Origin: an uncultured Klebsiella sp.
GTDB lineage: Bacteria > Pseudomonadota > Gammaproteobacteria > Ga0077536
Length of the DNA: 64,000 nt
Assembly (NCBI GenBank): GCA_964555355.1
Contig: CAZKRY010000003.1
Location: forward strand, 192,878 to 256,877
Reading direction: 5' to 3'
Below the pieces are notes generated by a model, which was not told where the DNA came from, ran no database searches, and saw only the letters and a program-made list of their open reading frames with translations. Below are positions 1 through 9,420 of this stretch, one piece after another. Both the position numbers and the translations under genes were made by a program. The stretch's first letter is position 1, and each line of letters begins with the position of its first letter.

Positions 1-539
1 CGCCATGAGATCGATGGAATAGGCCGCGCGGGTTCGGGGTTTCGATGAGCGCCCGAACCCACGTAGGTCGATCGCCACCACCCGATAGCGCTCCGCAAAA
101 GGGCGTATTTGGTTATGCCAAAGATGGCTGCTAGCGCCGAGGCCGTGCACCAGAAATACCGGCGTGCCTTGTCCCCATTGGCGAACATTGAGCTCCAATT
201 CACCGATTCGCGTCAACGCCATCGATTCTCTCCTCGTCTACCGTACTGTCGTCCTACGCCTGTACAAACACTTGAGGTAATTCACTGGAATGAGACTGGC
301 GAAGTATAGGAAATTCAAGGGAATAAGAAGGATAACCGCGCTGCTCGGCGAAATCGAGGGTACTGAGGGTGTGTGCGGTTGAATTCGAATGGTGTCAGTC
401 GGCATGTTCGCCGTGAATGGTGGTCGTTGACCATGGAGTTTCACGGGACCGTGGTGACTTGGTCGAGCCATCACGAGGGACACCTGGCCTAAGTGTTAGA
501 CCGGCCACTCGTCCGTGCGTAAATCAGCGCAAAGTACCG

Positions 540-1399
540 TCAGCCTAATTCCCTCAGGCCCGGTAATTCCTTTTGCGGTGGCGCGCGGGCGAACAGTATG
601 GAGGCGGGTGTCGCGGACTCTGCACACTGCTTGAGATGCGCAAGGATCGGGATGACCACCGCCGGATCTTCGTTGCTCGCGATCACCTTCACCGTACCGC
701 CGCAGTGCGCGCAGGTCTGGATACCGATCTTGAACACCCGCTTCAATCGTTGCGCCCAGGTCATCGAGACGTAGCGGGCTGGCGGAGGATTTCCAGTAGC
801 CCCGGCCTTGCGCCTGCTGCGCTTGGCAGGCGCAACTTGTTTTTGCCGCCGATGATTCGGCGCAAAGACGCTGTGGTAGCGTGTGAGGTTGACGCGTAGC
901 ATCGGCACCAGGGCTGTCAGGCGGGCGATAAAGTCTAATGGCTCGAAAACTACGTCCGTCGTTCCATCTCGGTACGGCGTCTTCAAGCGGTAACGGGCAT
1001 TGCCCTGTGCGGTGAGCGACAGTCGCTCAGTGGAGACTGCCTGGCGCGTGACATAGCGACACACACAGGCGCTCCAAATTCTCGCGCTCATGCGCCTCGC
1101 TCGCTACCCCAGCGTGCAAGGAGAAGCCAGCGGCCCGCACTAACTTGCCGTCGATTGCTTCTGTCGCTGCCGGCACGGTCAGTAAGGTGAACGCTTTGCG
1201 GCCCTGGTGGCGCCGAGCGCAATACGGTAAGGGTGAGTATTGGAGGCGGCAAACCCTGTTCCTGAGGGACAGTCCGGCAAAACTTCGGCAGGGCTTTTGT
1301 TGAGACAAAAAAGCGGCGACCACTCGGGTGGTAACCGCTTGATAGCAGAAGGCTAGTTGGCGCGCCCGGAAGGATTGATTCGTGCGCGTTGGCGCGCAC
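540..1399 (-). mobile_element. IS91-family (HUH/Y2 rolling-circle) transposase remnant: C-terminal ~270 aa split over two reading frames, N-terminal catalytic half absent
   Basis: ORF 540..1091 carries IS91 C-terminal hallmarks (YRDGTTDVVFEPLDF, RYHSVFAPNHRRQ, zinc-ribbon CAHCGG followed by VKVIASNEDPAVVIPILAHL). ORF 1027..1323 in another frame carries GFSLHAGV and LERLC, which continue as CRYVTRQAVSTERL in the 540 frame, implying a frameshift. No room remains for the HUH domain before the tRNA. Confidence 0.6.
1357..1376. repeat. 19-bp direct repeat (TGGCGCGCCCGGAAGGATT) identical to the 3' end of the adjacent tRNA-Arg; att-like scar
   Basis: Exact match to 1534..1552, read directly from the sequence. 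Confidence 0.8.
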
Positions 1400-1498
1400 T
1401 CACCCCCGCGGGGCGCCTACGCTTCGCTGCGGCGTCCCGATTCGCGTCGCGAATCGGTCGAACAGAGGTTCGAATCAAGCGTCCGAACACATCAGAAA

Positions 1499-1534
1499 AT
1501 AAAAAGGGGGCCTGTTGGCCCCTTTTTATTTTCT
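1499..1534. terminator. Intrinsic terminator hairpin (GGGGGCC-tgtt-GGCCCC) flanked by an A-run and a T-run; sits just 3' of tRNA-Arg
   Basis: aaaaagggggcctgttggcccctttttatttt. Confidence 0.7.
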
Positions 1535-1610
1535 GGCGCGCCCGGAAGGATTCGAACCTCCGACCCCCTAGTTCGTAGCCAGGTACTCTATCCAACTGAG
1601 CTACGGGCGC
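1534..1610 (-). tRNA. tRNA-Arg (anticodon ACG), CCA encoded
   Basis: Reverse complement folds as a cloverleaf: acceptor GCGCCCG/CGGGCGC, D-arm GCTCAGTTGGATAGAGT, anticodon stem CCTGG/CTAGG with loop CTACGAA, T-arm GGAGGTTCGAATCCTTC. Close to E. coli tRNA-Arg(ACG). Confidence 0.9.
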
Positions 1611-1726
1611 GTGACGAGGGCGCGATTATCGTGACCGGCCGGCGGAGTGTCAATTTAACGCGAATAGCGTGCCCCCTTTCAGGCGCGCTAGACTCTGTGA
1701 CAAATCAGCCCGAGGGGAGGTAAGCC

Positions 1727-2494
1727 GTGCTTAAACAAATGGATATCAACTGCGACATGGGGGAATCTTTCGGAAATTGGAAGATGGGGGACGACGAAGG
1801 CATGATGCCCTTCATCACCACCGCGAACGTCGCCTGCGGATTCCACGCCAGCGACCCGTTGACGATGATCAACACCGTCAAGCTTGCCAAAGAACACAAA
1901 ATCGCTGTGGGCGCGCACCCCGGACTGCCGGATTTGCTCGGGTTTGGCCGCCGCGCGATGAATATCACGCCAGAAGACGCCTATGCCTATGTGGTGTATC
2001 AGGTCGGTGCGTTGCAGGCGTCGCTCGCCACCCAAGGCATGAAACTGCATCATATCAAGCCACATGGTGCGTTTTATTCCGTATTAAAAGCCCAAATGGA
2101 GCTAGCGGAGGCAGTAGCGGAAGCGATCGGCAAGCTCTCGGAAACCCCAATGCTCTACTGGCCAGCACCAACGTCCGCGGCCCTCCCCACTGCATGCAAA
2201 AAGCGCGGGATCAGGGTGGTGGGCGAAATTTACCCAGACCTGCAATATGCGCCAGACGGTTCGCTCGTTATCCAGCGCCACAAGCATGAAACCGATCCGG
2301 CGTTCGCGGCCGCCCAGGTGCAGCGTTATGTCGAATCCGGCAAGGTACAGGCGATGGACGGAAAAACTTTGGTGGAACTCGACGCCGAGAGTTTATGCAT
2401 TCATGGAGATGGCCCAAACTGTGTAGAAGTGGCGACCGCCATTCAAAACCGCTTGAAATCTATCGGCTGCCAAATCACGCCGGTCATGCAATAA
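1727..2494 (+). CDS. pxpA: 5-oxoprolinase subunit A (LamB/YcsF family)
   Basis: N-terminal DINCDMGESFG and ANVACGFHASDP motifs typical of PxpA. GTG start 6 nt after GGGGAGG. Confidence 0.85.
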   Translation: MLKQMDINCDMGESFGNWKMGDDEGMMPFITTANVACGFHASDPLTMINTVKLAKEHKIAVGAHPGLPDLLGFGRRAMNITPEDAYAYVVYQVGALQASLATQGMKLHHIKPHGAFYSVLKAQMELAEAVAEAIGKLSETPMLYWPAPTSAALPTACKKRGIRVVGEIYPDLQYAPDGSLVIQRHKHETDPAFAAAQVQRYVESGKVQAMDGKTLVELDAESLCIHGDGPNCVEVATAIQNRLKSIGCQITPVMQ

Positions 2495-2511
2495 CCCCGT
2501 AAGGAACACCC

Positions 2512-3543
2512 ATGAAATTTGGCCTGCTGTTCACTTTCCAATTACCGCCTGGCTGTGGCATCCCATGGCATGAGCCCTATCAAGACATGCTCAAATGTCT
2601 GCCACGCGCGGAAGCCTTAGGCTATCACTCGATGTACCTCGCCACGCATCACGCTAAAACAGATGGCCTGTGTCCCGGCCCGTTACCGACTTTAGGCGCG
2701 GCGGCGGCGGTGACCAAGACCATGAAGATTGGCACCGCCGTCATGTTGGTGCCGATGTACGCGCCGTTAAAACTCGCAGAAGACTTGGCGGTGCTCGATA
2801 ACATCTCCGAGGGACGGCTCATCGTTGGCGTGGCACCCGGCTATGTGGCGGAAGAATTTGCCGCGCATGGTATTCCGCGCGAGGAGCGCGTTGGTCGATT
2901 TGAAGAATCGCTCGATCTCATGATCACGGCCTGGACGCAAAATGAGTTCGAATTCAATGGCAAATTCTTCAAAGTGCCGCGTACGGTGATGACGCCGAAG
3001 CCCGTGCAAAAGCCGTATCCGCAACTGTGGTACGGCGTGTCCGCCAAGGCTTCATTGCGTCGCGCGGCTAAGCGGCACGCCATTCAAATCATGTCGCCGC
3101 GTCATGGGGTGGAAGAACTCCAGGCGCATTTTGCGCCGTATGAAGCGGCGGCCAAGGAGATTGGTTGGACGATTCCGGAACGTCCCATCATCCGCCAAGT
3201 ATTCGTCGCACCCACGATGCAAAAAGCAGAAGCGCTCGCAGCACCCGCCATCGAGCATCTTTATCGCGAAGTTTATGGCAAGGCTTCGGCGGCCGGCGAT
3301 CGCGCGCTGCGTAACGACGATGGCAGTGTCATCACCGATCACAACCAAGTGAGTTTTCAGACCTTTAAGCAACGGTACATCGTGGGCACGCCGGAATTTG
3401 CGATTGAGGAGATCCGCAAATACCGCGACGGACTGAATTGCACCGAGATGGTATGTTGGATGCACATGCCGGGCATTCGCGGCGCGGACGTCATGACTTC
3501 CGTTGAGCTTTTTGCCAAAGAGGTAATGCCGGCATTTAAGTAA
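2512..3543 (+). CDS. LLM-class flavin-dependent oxidoreductase (luciferase-like monooxygenase)
   Basis: TIM-barrel LLM sequence pattern along its length (MKFGLLF..., GRLIVGVAPGY...). Confidence 0.8.
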   Translation: MKFGLLFTFQLPPGCGIPWHEPYQDMLKCLPRAEALGYHSMYLATHHAKTDGLCPGPLPTLGAAAAVTKTMKIGTAVMLVPMYAPLKLAEDLAVLDNISEGRLIVGVAPGYVAEEFAAHGIPREERVGRFEESLDLMITAWTQNEFEFNGKFFKVPRTVMTPKPVQKPYPQLWYGVSAKASLRRAAKRHAIQIMSPRHGVEELQAHFAPYEAAAKEIGWTIPERPIIRQVFVAPTMQKAEALAAPAIEHLYREVYGKASAAGDRALRNDDGSVITDHNQVSFQTFKQRYIVGTPEFAIEEIRKYRDGLNCTEMVCWMHMPGIRGADVMTSVELFAKEVMPAFK

Positions 3544-3578
3544 GCGTTTATTAAACCCCAAGGAGAGGAGATCGACCG

Positions 3579-4133
3579 ATGGACCTATTACAAACTGTGT
3601 TACAAGCTCAAGGCGGTCAAATGGTCGGCCAATTGGCCCGCCAATTTGGCTTGAATCAATCACAGGCCGGTAGTGCGTTGGAACAACTCATTCCCGTGCT
3701 CGGCGGCGCGGTCAAGCGGAACATGGGCCAGACCGGCGGTCTAGAAGCATTGCTTGGCGCACTGCAAAACGGGAACCACAGCCGCTATCTAGAGGATGCA
3801 ACTGAATTAGGCAACCCGGATACGGTCATGGATGGCAACGCCATCCTCGGTCACCTGCTTGGCGGCAAAGACGCAAGCCGACAGGTGGCGACCCACGTTG
3901 CCTCCAACACCGGCCTTGATAGTGGTGTTTTAAAAAAGATGTTGCCTATCGTTGCGACAATGATCATGGGGGCAATGAGCAAACAGGCAGCGGGTGGCGG
4001 ACTCGGCAATCTGCAAGTTGGACAGGGGACGGGTGCGCAATCGCCACTGGGCGGATTGCTATCGTCGTTTCTTGATCAAAACAAAGACGGCAGCGTGGTT
4101 GATGATGTTTTGGGGATGATTTTCAAGCGTTGA
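3579..4133 (+). CDS. DUF937 (YidB-like) domain protein
   Basis: Gly/Leu-rich repeats of the GGLxxLLxxL type characteristic of DUF937. Confidence 0.55.
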   Translation: MDLLQTVLQAQGGQMVGQLARQFGLNQSQAGSALEQLIPVLGGAVKRNMGQTGGLEALLGALQNGNHSRYLEDATELGNPDTVMDGNAILGHLLGGKDASRQVATHVASNTGLDSGVLKKMLPIVATMIMGAMSKQAAGGGLGNLQVGQGTGAQSPLGGLLSSFLDQNKDGSVVDDVLGMIFKR

Positions 4134-4139
4134 TTAGCG

Positions 4140-4654
4140 CTACCTCATCTCACATTGATTGGCGCGCGATCCCATAAAGCGCATGGTCTCGGTGGAACCC
4201 GGCCGCGTGAAAGCGTCGCCGGTCGCGGCGGTTTTTGTCGCGACGAATTCTTCTTGCACCATGCAACAATAGGTGCGGTTTATCTTGCGAAAGACACAGC
4301 GCGCGAAACGCGCGCCGCCCACGGGACTCCACACTTCGATCACCGGATAAAGCTCGCGCGTTCCCAGTACCGCGGCGCCCACCGTTTCCGCGGCAAAGCC
4401 GTAAACGCGCCCTGTTTTTAAGTCCGTGATTTGAAATTCGGCGTGTTGTGTGCCGGTGACAATATCAGCCGCCTCTTCGGCATCCGACGAATGCGATGCG
4501 ATGACGGAGATTTCGAAGTCATCCACTTGGTAGATTTCTGGTGATTGCCGTAATCCAAACTCATAAACACGCGCAGGCCATGCCGCGGCTAGCGCCGCCA
4601 TGCTGAATGCGGCGAGGATACTCGCTAACCCACCGCTAATACGCCGCCTTGTTC
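4140..4654 (-). CDS. Hypothetical exported protein (Tat-like RRR signal peptide)
   Basis: MRGTRRRISGGLASILAAFSMAALAAAWPA leader. The ORF extends to 4712 but the internal start is preferred. Confidence 0.4.
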
Positions 4655-4710
4655 CGCGCATGCTGAATTCAGTACCCTTCACGCTTGAATCATCGTCGAG
4701 AACTCGCACC

Positions 4711-5196
4711 ATGCGCCATTGCAGTACGCTTCTAGGGTTGGTTGCTGCCTGTGTTGTTGGGCCCGCGCACGCGGAAAACGCTTTTTTTGTGATCCCTTTC
4801 GGCGGCGAACCCGGGGCACCGTTAGCGCACTCTTACGATTACGGCAAAGCACCGGAATTCGCGAGTACCTACACCATGCGTATTCCAAGTGTCGATCCCG
4901 AAATCGCGACGGTGTTACCAGATGTCGAACTTACGATCGACCCCTCCAACAAAATTGTGCAACGAGTGTTTGCCGCGCGCGCCTATCGTGCACTAACCGA
5001 ATGCAATGCGGCGCGAGAAATTGTCCAGCAAAAGCTCACGAAGGCATTGCCCGCGCCTTTCACCGGCACCGGTGAGGCCTGGCAATATCAATCCCCGGAC
5101 GGCAAAGTGGTGGGCGGCGCCTATTGCATGACCGCTCGCTACCTGCCGTTTCCAACCTTGACGGTGGAGCTGGTACTCGCGCCGGGCGCGCACTAA
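4711..5196 (+). CDS. Hypothetical secreted protein
   Basis: MRHCSTLLGLVAACVVGPAHA signal peptide. No recognisable domain. Confidence 0.4.
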   Translation: MRHCSTLLGLVAACVVGPAHAENAFFVIPFGGEPGAPLAHSYDYGKAPEFASTYTMRIPSVDPEIATVLPDVELTIDPSNKIVQRVFAARAYRALTECNAAREIVQQKLTKALPAPFTGTGEAWQYQSPDGKVVGGAYCMTARYLPFPTLTVELVLAPGAH

Positions 5197-5200
5197 CGTA

Positions 5201-7528
5201 TCAATCAGGCAACCCGAGCACTGCTTTGGAAATGATATTGCGTTGGATCTCGTTACTTCCGCCGTAAATCGTCGCTGGCCGCGCAGTGTAAAAGAGGCTC
5301 ATGACATCGACTTTGTGATCGCCCACCTGCAGCGCCGCCAACTGTCCACCCGCGCTTCCCACGCATTCAATGAGCCACTCTGTGAGCTTGGAATACGTTT
5401 CAGTGGCAAAAATTTTGAGCAGCGAAACTTCCGGGCCCAGCGCTTCACCGCGTCTAACTTGATCCGCAAATCGTCCGTATAAGGATTCCAGATCCATGAC
5501 GTCACATTTGAAACGAGTGTAACGATCGCGGAACGCGGGATCGTTCAATAAGCCATAATGCCGCGCCACCTCGGTCAACCGCTGAAACGCGTATTGCGAT
5601 TGTTTGGGGCTGCCCAAGAAAATTCGTTCGAACCCCAAGAGCGCTTTGGCAATGGTCCACCCTTGGTTCAACCCGCCGACCACGTTTTCTTTTGGCACTC
5701 GCACGTTGTCTAAAAACACTTCGCAGAATTCTTCGTTGCCGGCGATATTGCGAATCGGGCGCACGGTTATGCCGGGCGTCGTCATATCGATGAGCAAAAA
5801 GCTGATGCCGGCTTGCTTCTTTGCGCTCTTGTCGGTGCGCGCAAGCAGAAACATGTGCGTGGCGTCCTGCGCAAGCGTGGTCCACGTCTTTTGGCCGTTC
5901 ACGACAAAGTGATCGCCATCAAGCACGGCTTCCGTGCGCAGGCTCGCCAAATCCGAGCCGGCATTCGGTTCGGAATAGCCTTGGCACCACACATACTCGC
6001 CGCTCAATATTTTGGGTAGATAGTGCGCGCGCTGCGCTTCCGCACCGTGCTGAATCAACAACGGACCGACCATGATGATGCCCATGTCCGGTGCGCGGGC
6101 AACTCCCCAGCGTTCTTGCTCTTCAATAAAAATTAAAAGCTTGCCCGGATTTAACCCCATGCCGCCATATTGGCGTGGCCACGCGGGTGCGACCAAACCG
6201 TGCGCGGAAAGTTTTAAGTACCATGGCTTTATTTCATGCCATCGCACACGGCGCGGCGGATAACGCAACTCCGATGGGTAGTTGGTTTCAAACCAATGCC
6301 GGATAGTCGCGCGGAAATCGTCGTCGCTGAGCGCGTTCCAATCGCCATTCGCAGGCATGGCGGATTGGCCGAGCGCCGCGCCGTCATGCGCGTCGTTATC
6401 GGTGGCCAAGTTCGCGATCCGCTGCACGTGCCATTGCGTATTGCCCAGTGCGGCAGCGTAAGTGAGCGCGCGATTGACGAACAGTCCAACATCGCACTCA
6501 TCGGTAAAGCCAATTGCGCCGTGCATTTGGATCGCTTCGCGCACCACTTTGAGTGCAGCATCGCTCGCCCGATACTTTGCGCGGCTAACCAACAGGGCTT
6601 GCCCCTGCGCGTCTTCACCCGCCAACCCGGTGAGCGCATCATCGACGACGATCTGCGCAAGTTCACATTGCAGCTTGAGATCGACCGCACGATGTTGCAA
6701 CGCCTGAAACGATCCAATCAGACGCCCAAACTGCTGCCGAGTATTTAGATACTTAAGCGTCACCTCGAAACAAGCCGACATGAGCCCGCATAGATAGCTC
6801 GCAATCAGCAGAGCGCCTTCATTGAGCGCCGTGCTGAGTGCGGCGGCGGCGGTGTTGCCGCGCGCGAGCAGGCAGTCGGCGCTTATTTCCGTATTGTTGA
6901 AAACTACCGTCGCGTGGTGCGTGCCGTCCGCAAGCGGTTGCGCGTTTATGGTAACTCCCGGCGCGGTGCGCGGAACCCACACCACGGCATAACTTTCATC
7001 GAGCCAGCCGTTAACTAGGAAGCCATCGGCGACTAACGCATGAGATACCGCGAACTTCTGACCATCGATTCGATAACCGCCGTTGGCAGCGATAATGCGG
7101 GTCGCGAGCTCCGCTTCGTTCGCGGCGAGCGGATGTTCCTGCCAGGCGATAAGCGGTAAACACTTTCCTTCGGCAAGTTGCCCGAGTAACTCGGCGACTC
7201 TTCCCTGCAGCGGCAACTGCGCAAGCAGACTCGCGCTTAGGCCCGCGACTTCTATCAAAGGCTCCGGTGCCGCCACGTGCCCAAGCTCACGGGCAACCGC
7301 GGCAAGCGCCGACACCCCAAGGCCAAGCCCACCCGCACTTTGCGGGATCTGAATCGAGGTCCAGCCGAGTTCGACCATTTGCACCCACAGCGCCTGATCA
7401 AAGCCCGCTGACCCGCCTCGCAAGGCGCGTAGACGTGTCATTGCCGCGTCTTTCGCACAAAGAGAGCGCGCGCTGTCGGCAAGCATGGTCAGATCATCGG
7501 TTTCTATCGATTGAGCAACTGCACTCAT
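5201..7528 (-). CDS. Fused two-domain acyl-CoA dehydrogenase family protein (775 aa)
   Basis: C-terminal half is a typical ACAD (WCQGYSEPNAGSDLASL, DHFVVNGQKTWTT). The N-terminal half is a second, divergent ACAD fold. Confidence 0.8.
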   Translation of the reverse strand: MSAVAQSIETDDLTMLADSARSLCAKDAAMTRLRALRGGSAGFDQALWVQMVELGWTSIQIPQSAGGLGLGVSALAAVARELGHVAAPEPLIEVAGLSASLLAQLPLQGRVAELLGQLAEGKCLPLIAWQEHPLAANEAELATRIIAANGGYRIDGQKFAVSHALVADGFLVNGWLDESYAVVWVPRTAPGVTINAQPLADGTHHATVVFNNTEISADCLLARGNTAAAALSTALNEGALLIASYLCGLMSACFEVTLKYLNTRQQFGRLIGSFQALQHRAVDLKLQCELAQIVVDDALTGLAGEDAQGQALLVSRAKYRASDAALKVVREAIQMHGAIGFTDECDVGLFVNRALTYAAALGNTQWHVQRIANLATDNDAHDGAALGQSAMPANGDWNALSDDDFRATIRHWFETNYPSELRYPPRRVRWHEIKPWYLKLSAHGLVAPAWPRQYGGMGLNPGKLLIFIEEQERWGVARAPDMGIIMVGPLLIQHGAEAQRAHYLPKILSGEYVWCQGYSEPNAGSDLASLRTEAVLDGDHFVVNGQKTWTTLAQDATHMFLLARTDKSAKKQAGISFLLIDMTTPGITVRPIRNIAGNEEFCEVFLDNVRVPKENVVGGLNQGWTIAKALLGFERIFLGSPKQSQYAFQRLTEVARHYGLLNDPAFRDRYTRFKCDVMDLESLYGRFADQVRRGEALGPEVSLLKIFATETYSKLTEWLIECVGSAGGQLAALQVGDHKVDVMSLFYTARPATIYGGSNEIQRNIISKAVLGLPD

Positions 7529-7553
7529 GGGTAACTCTTCTTATAAAAATGAA

Positions 7554-8411
7554 TTAGGAGGTCGCGCGGATCTTGGCGGCGATCGCGGCGATTTGATCAA
7601 GCAACGGCAACACTACGTCAGCATTGGCGGATGGAAGGCCAAAAATGAAATCGGTAAAGCCTTCGCGCATGCGTTCACGAGTTTGTGCTTCGTCAATCGG
7701 CGCGTAGAACAACGCGAGGGTGAGGTCTTCCGCGCGGCGGCCGATACGCGCGCAGGCGTCGGCGAGTATTTGCGCATTGCCCTCACCGCTGCGCCCAACG
7801 ATCGGCATCCAACCGTCGGCGTATTCGGCCACCCGCGCCGGGACCCACTTTGAGTTCGATCCAATCCAAACCGGTGGCCCGTCATTCTGGACAGGTTTGG
7901 GGTAAGACCACATACGATCGAAGGTCACAAAGTTGCCGTGGAATTGCGGCTCCTCCTGTGACCAAATACGTTTCATCGCCAAAATGCGTTCACGCAAAAT
8001 TGGCCACCGCTGGTTATACGGGGTACCGTGATTTTCCATCTCCTCGGCGTTCCAACCGGCACCGACGCCGAGGACCACTCGGCCGTTCGACAATCTATCG
8101 AGTGTCGCAATTGTTTTCGCGAGCACGATCGGGTCGTGCTCGGTGACCAAACAAATGCCCGTCCCAAGTTTGATATGCGCGGTCACGGCCGCAGCCATGG
8201 CGAGCGCGATGAACGGATCGTAAGTACGCTTGTAATGCTCCGGGACCACGCCGCCTGGCAAAAATGGTGATTGCGAATTCACCGGCATGTGCGTGTGCTC
8301 CGGGACGAACATCCCGTCTAAGCCGCGCGCTTCGATTGCGCGCGCGAGTTCCATCGGCTGCATGCTGAGGTCGGTGGGGAAAATGAACACATGGGCACGA
8401 AACATAAGCAC
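7554..8411 (-). CDS. LLM-class oxidoreductase, F420/MSMEG-type subgroup (paralogue of 31177..32037)
   Basis: PEHTHMP, LGTGICLVTEHDPIVLAKTIATLDRLSNGR and GVGAGWNAEEMENHG are shared almost verbatim with the 31177 gene. Confidence 0.8.
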   Translation of the reverse strand: MLMFRAHVFIFPTDLSMQPMELARAIEARGLDGMFVPEHTHMPVNSQSPFLPGGVVPEHYKRTYDPFIALAMAAAVTAHIKLGTGICLVTEHDPIVLAKTIATLDRLSNGRVVLGVGAGWNAEEMENHGTPYNQRWPILRERILAMKRIWSQEEPQFHGNFVTFDRMWSYPKPVQNDGPPVWIGSNSKWVPARVAEYADGWMPIVGRSGEGNAQILADACARIGRRAEDLTLALFYAPIDEAQTRERMREGFTDFIFGLPSANADVVLPLLDQIAAIAAKIRATS

Positions 8412-8487
8412 GCTTGCTCCTTCTGAGAGCGTGAATGTTAGCAGGCCGAAGGGGCCTTCATCAGCTAGAACGCGACCCTATCGTAGG

Positions 8488-9417
8488 TCATCGAATAGTC
8501 ATCGCGGCGAAACCGGCGATCCATTCGCGGATCGGGCGATACATCAGTACCCGTGCCCGCGCGGCGGGGTCCGCTTCCATCGCGGCGGTCGCCGCGACCC
8601 AGGTGCGAACCTCATGCCCGCCACACCCGGCCAGGCGCGAGACTTCCTGGTCATCGTGCAAACCGAGCGAGGTGTAGTCCCGTGCGACAAGCGCAGTCAG
8701 GAACTGCCGATCCCAAGCGGCATTAAGCGGTACTTGTTGGCTCAGCCCTTGTACTTGCTTGGTACTTTCTTCGATTACCCGAGTGACGCGCTCGGCGCGC
8801 GCGGCATCGGTTAAGGATCCGCCTGCCACGATACGTTCAATGACCGCCGGGTTCGTCGCGGCCAGTGTCGGCATCGGCGGATCGTGCGAAAGCCCACCAC
8901 TGCCTAGGATGAGCACGCGACGATCGAGCGTGCAAGCGAAGTCCCCCACCGCGCGTCCGAGGGCAAGCACCCGCGCCAACGGTGGACGGGGTGCCGCGGC
9001 ACAGTTGATAAACACCGGAACGAGCGGTGGCAATGTCGCCCAATCAAACAAGAGATTCAGAATTTGCGTAAAGCCGTGATCGAGTTCCATACGATAAGAA
9101 ATTGCCGCGTCCACCCCTGCCTGGTGTAACGATGAAACACAGCGCTCGCTAATGTCGCGTGCGATCGGTAGCGCACCCGCCGGCGTCTTCCAATCGCCCA
9201 CCGACGTTGCTTCCGCGCCTACGCAGAAACTCGGCAGCACGCGATAAAAAAAACCATTGAAGTGATCAGGCCCAAACACCACCACGAGTTCGGGCGCAAA
9301 CTCGCGCACGAAATTCCTTAACGCGTCAAACGCCTGGTTGACTTCGGCACGTGCGCCCTCACCTGGATCGGTGTAGTCCATCAGTGGCGTATGTGAAGCA
9401 CAGATCGCGGCTAACAC
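8488..9417 (-). CDS. LigB-type (class III) extradiol ring-cleavage dioxygenase, MhpB-like
   Basis: Full-length resemblance to 3-(2,3-dihydroxyphenyl)propionate 1,2-dioxygenase (CASHTPLM..., ELVVVFGPDHFNGFFY, MELDHGF, GSGGLSHDPP, HEVRTWVAA). Confidence 0.85.
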   Translation of the reverse strand: MLAAICASHTPLMDYTDPGEGARAEVNQAFDALRNFVREFAPELVVVFGPDHFNGFFYRVLPSFCVGAEATSVGDWKTPAGALPIARDISERCVSSLHQAGVDAAISYRMELDHGFTQILNLLFDWATLPPLVPVFINCAAAPRPPLARVLALGRAVGDFACTLDRRVLILGSGGLSHDPPMPTLAATNPAVIERIVAGGSLTDAARAERVTRVIEESTKQVQGLSQQVPLNAAWDRQFLTALVARDYTSLGLHDDQEVSRLAGCGGHEVRTWVAATAAMEADPAARARVLMYRPIREWIAGFAAMTIR

Positions 9418-9420
9418 TGG

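Noticed and set aside
109-483. ORFs 109..309 and 238..483 at the window start
   Set aside because: No similarity to anything and lower GC content. More likely non-coding terminal sequence of the IS91-like element.
1462-1480. T-loop-like GGTTCGAATC suggesting a second tRNA
   Set aside because: No acceptor stem or anticodon arm can be folded around it. It is at most a tRNA fragment.
1357-1723. ORFs 1357..1578, 1382..1723 and 1353..1595 overlapping tRNA-Arg
   Set aside because: They overlap a tRNA gene and its terminator; not coding.
8287-8814. Antisense and alternate-frame ORFs inside real genes (also 10585..10935, 22569..23090, 33535..33855, 43485..43934, 48434..49348 and others)
   Set aside because: High-GC DNA yields long spurious ORFs opposite genuine genes. 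None has domain signatures or an RBS.
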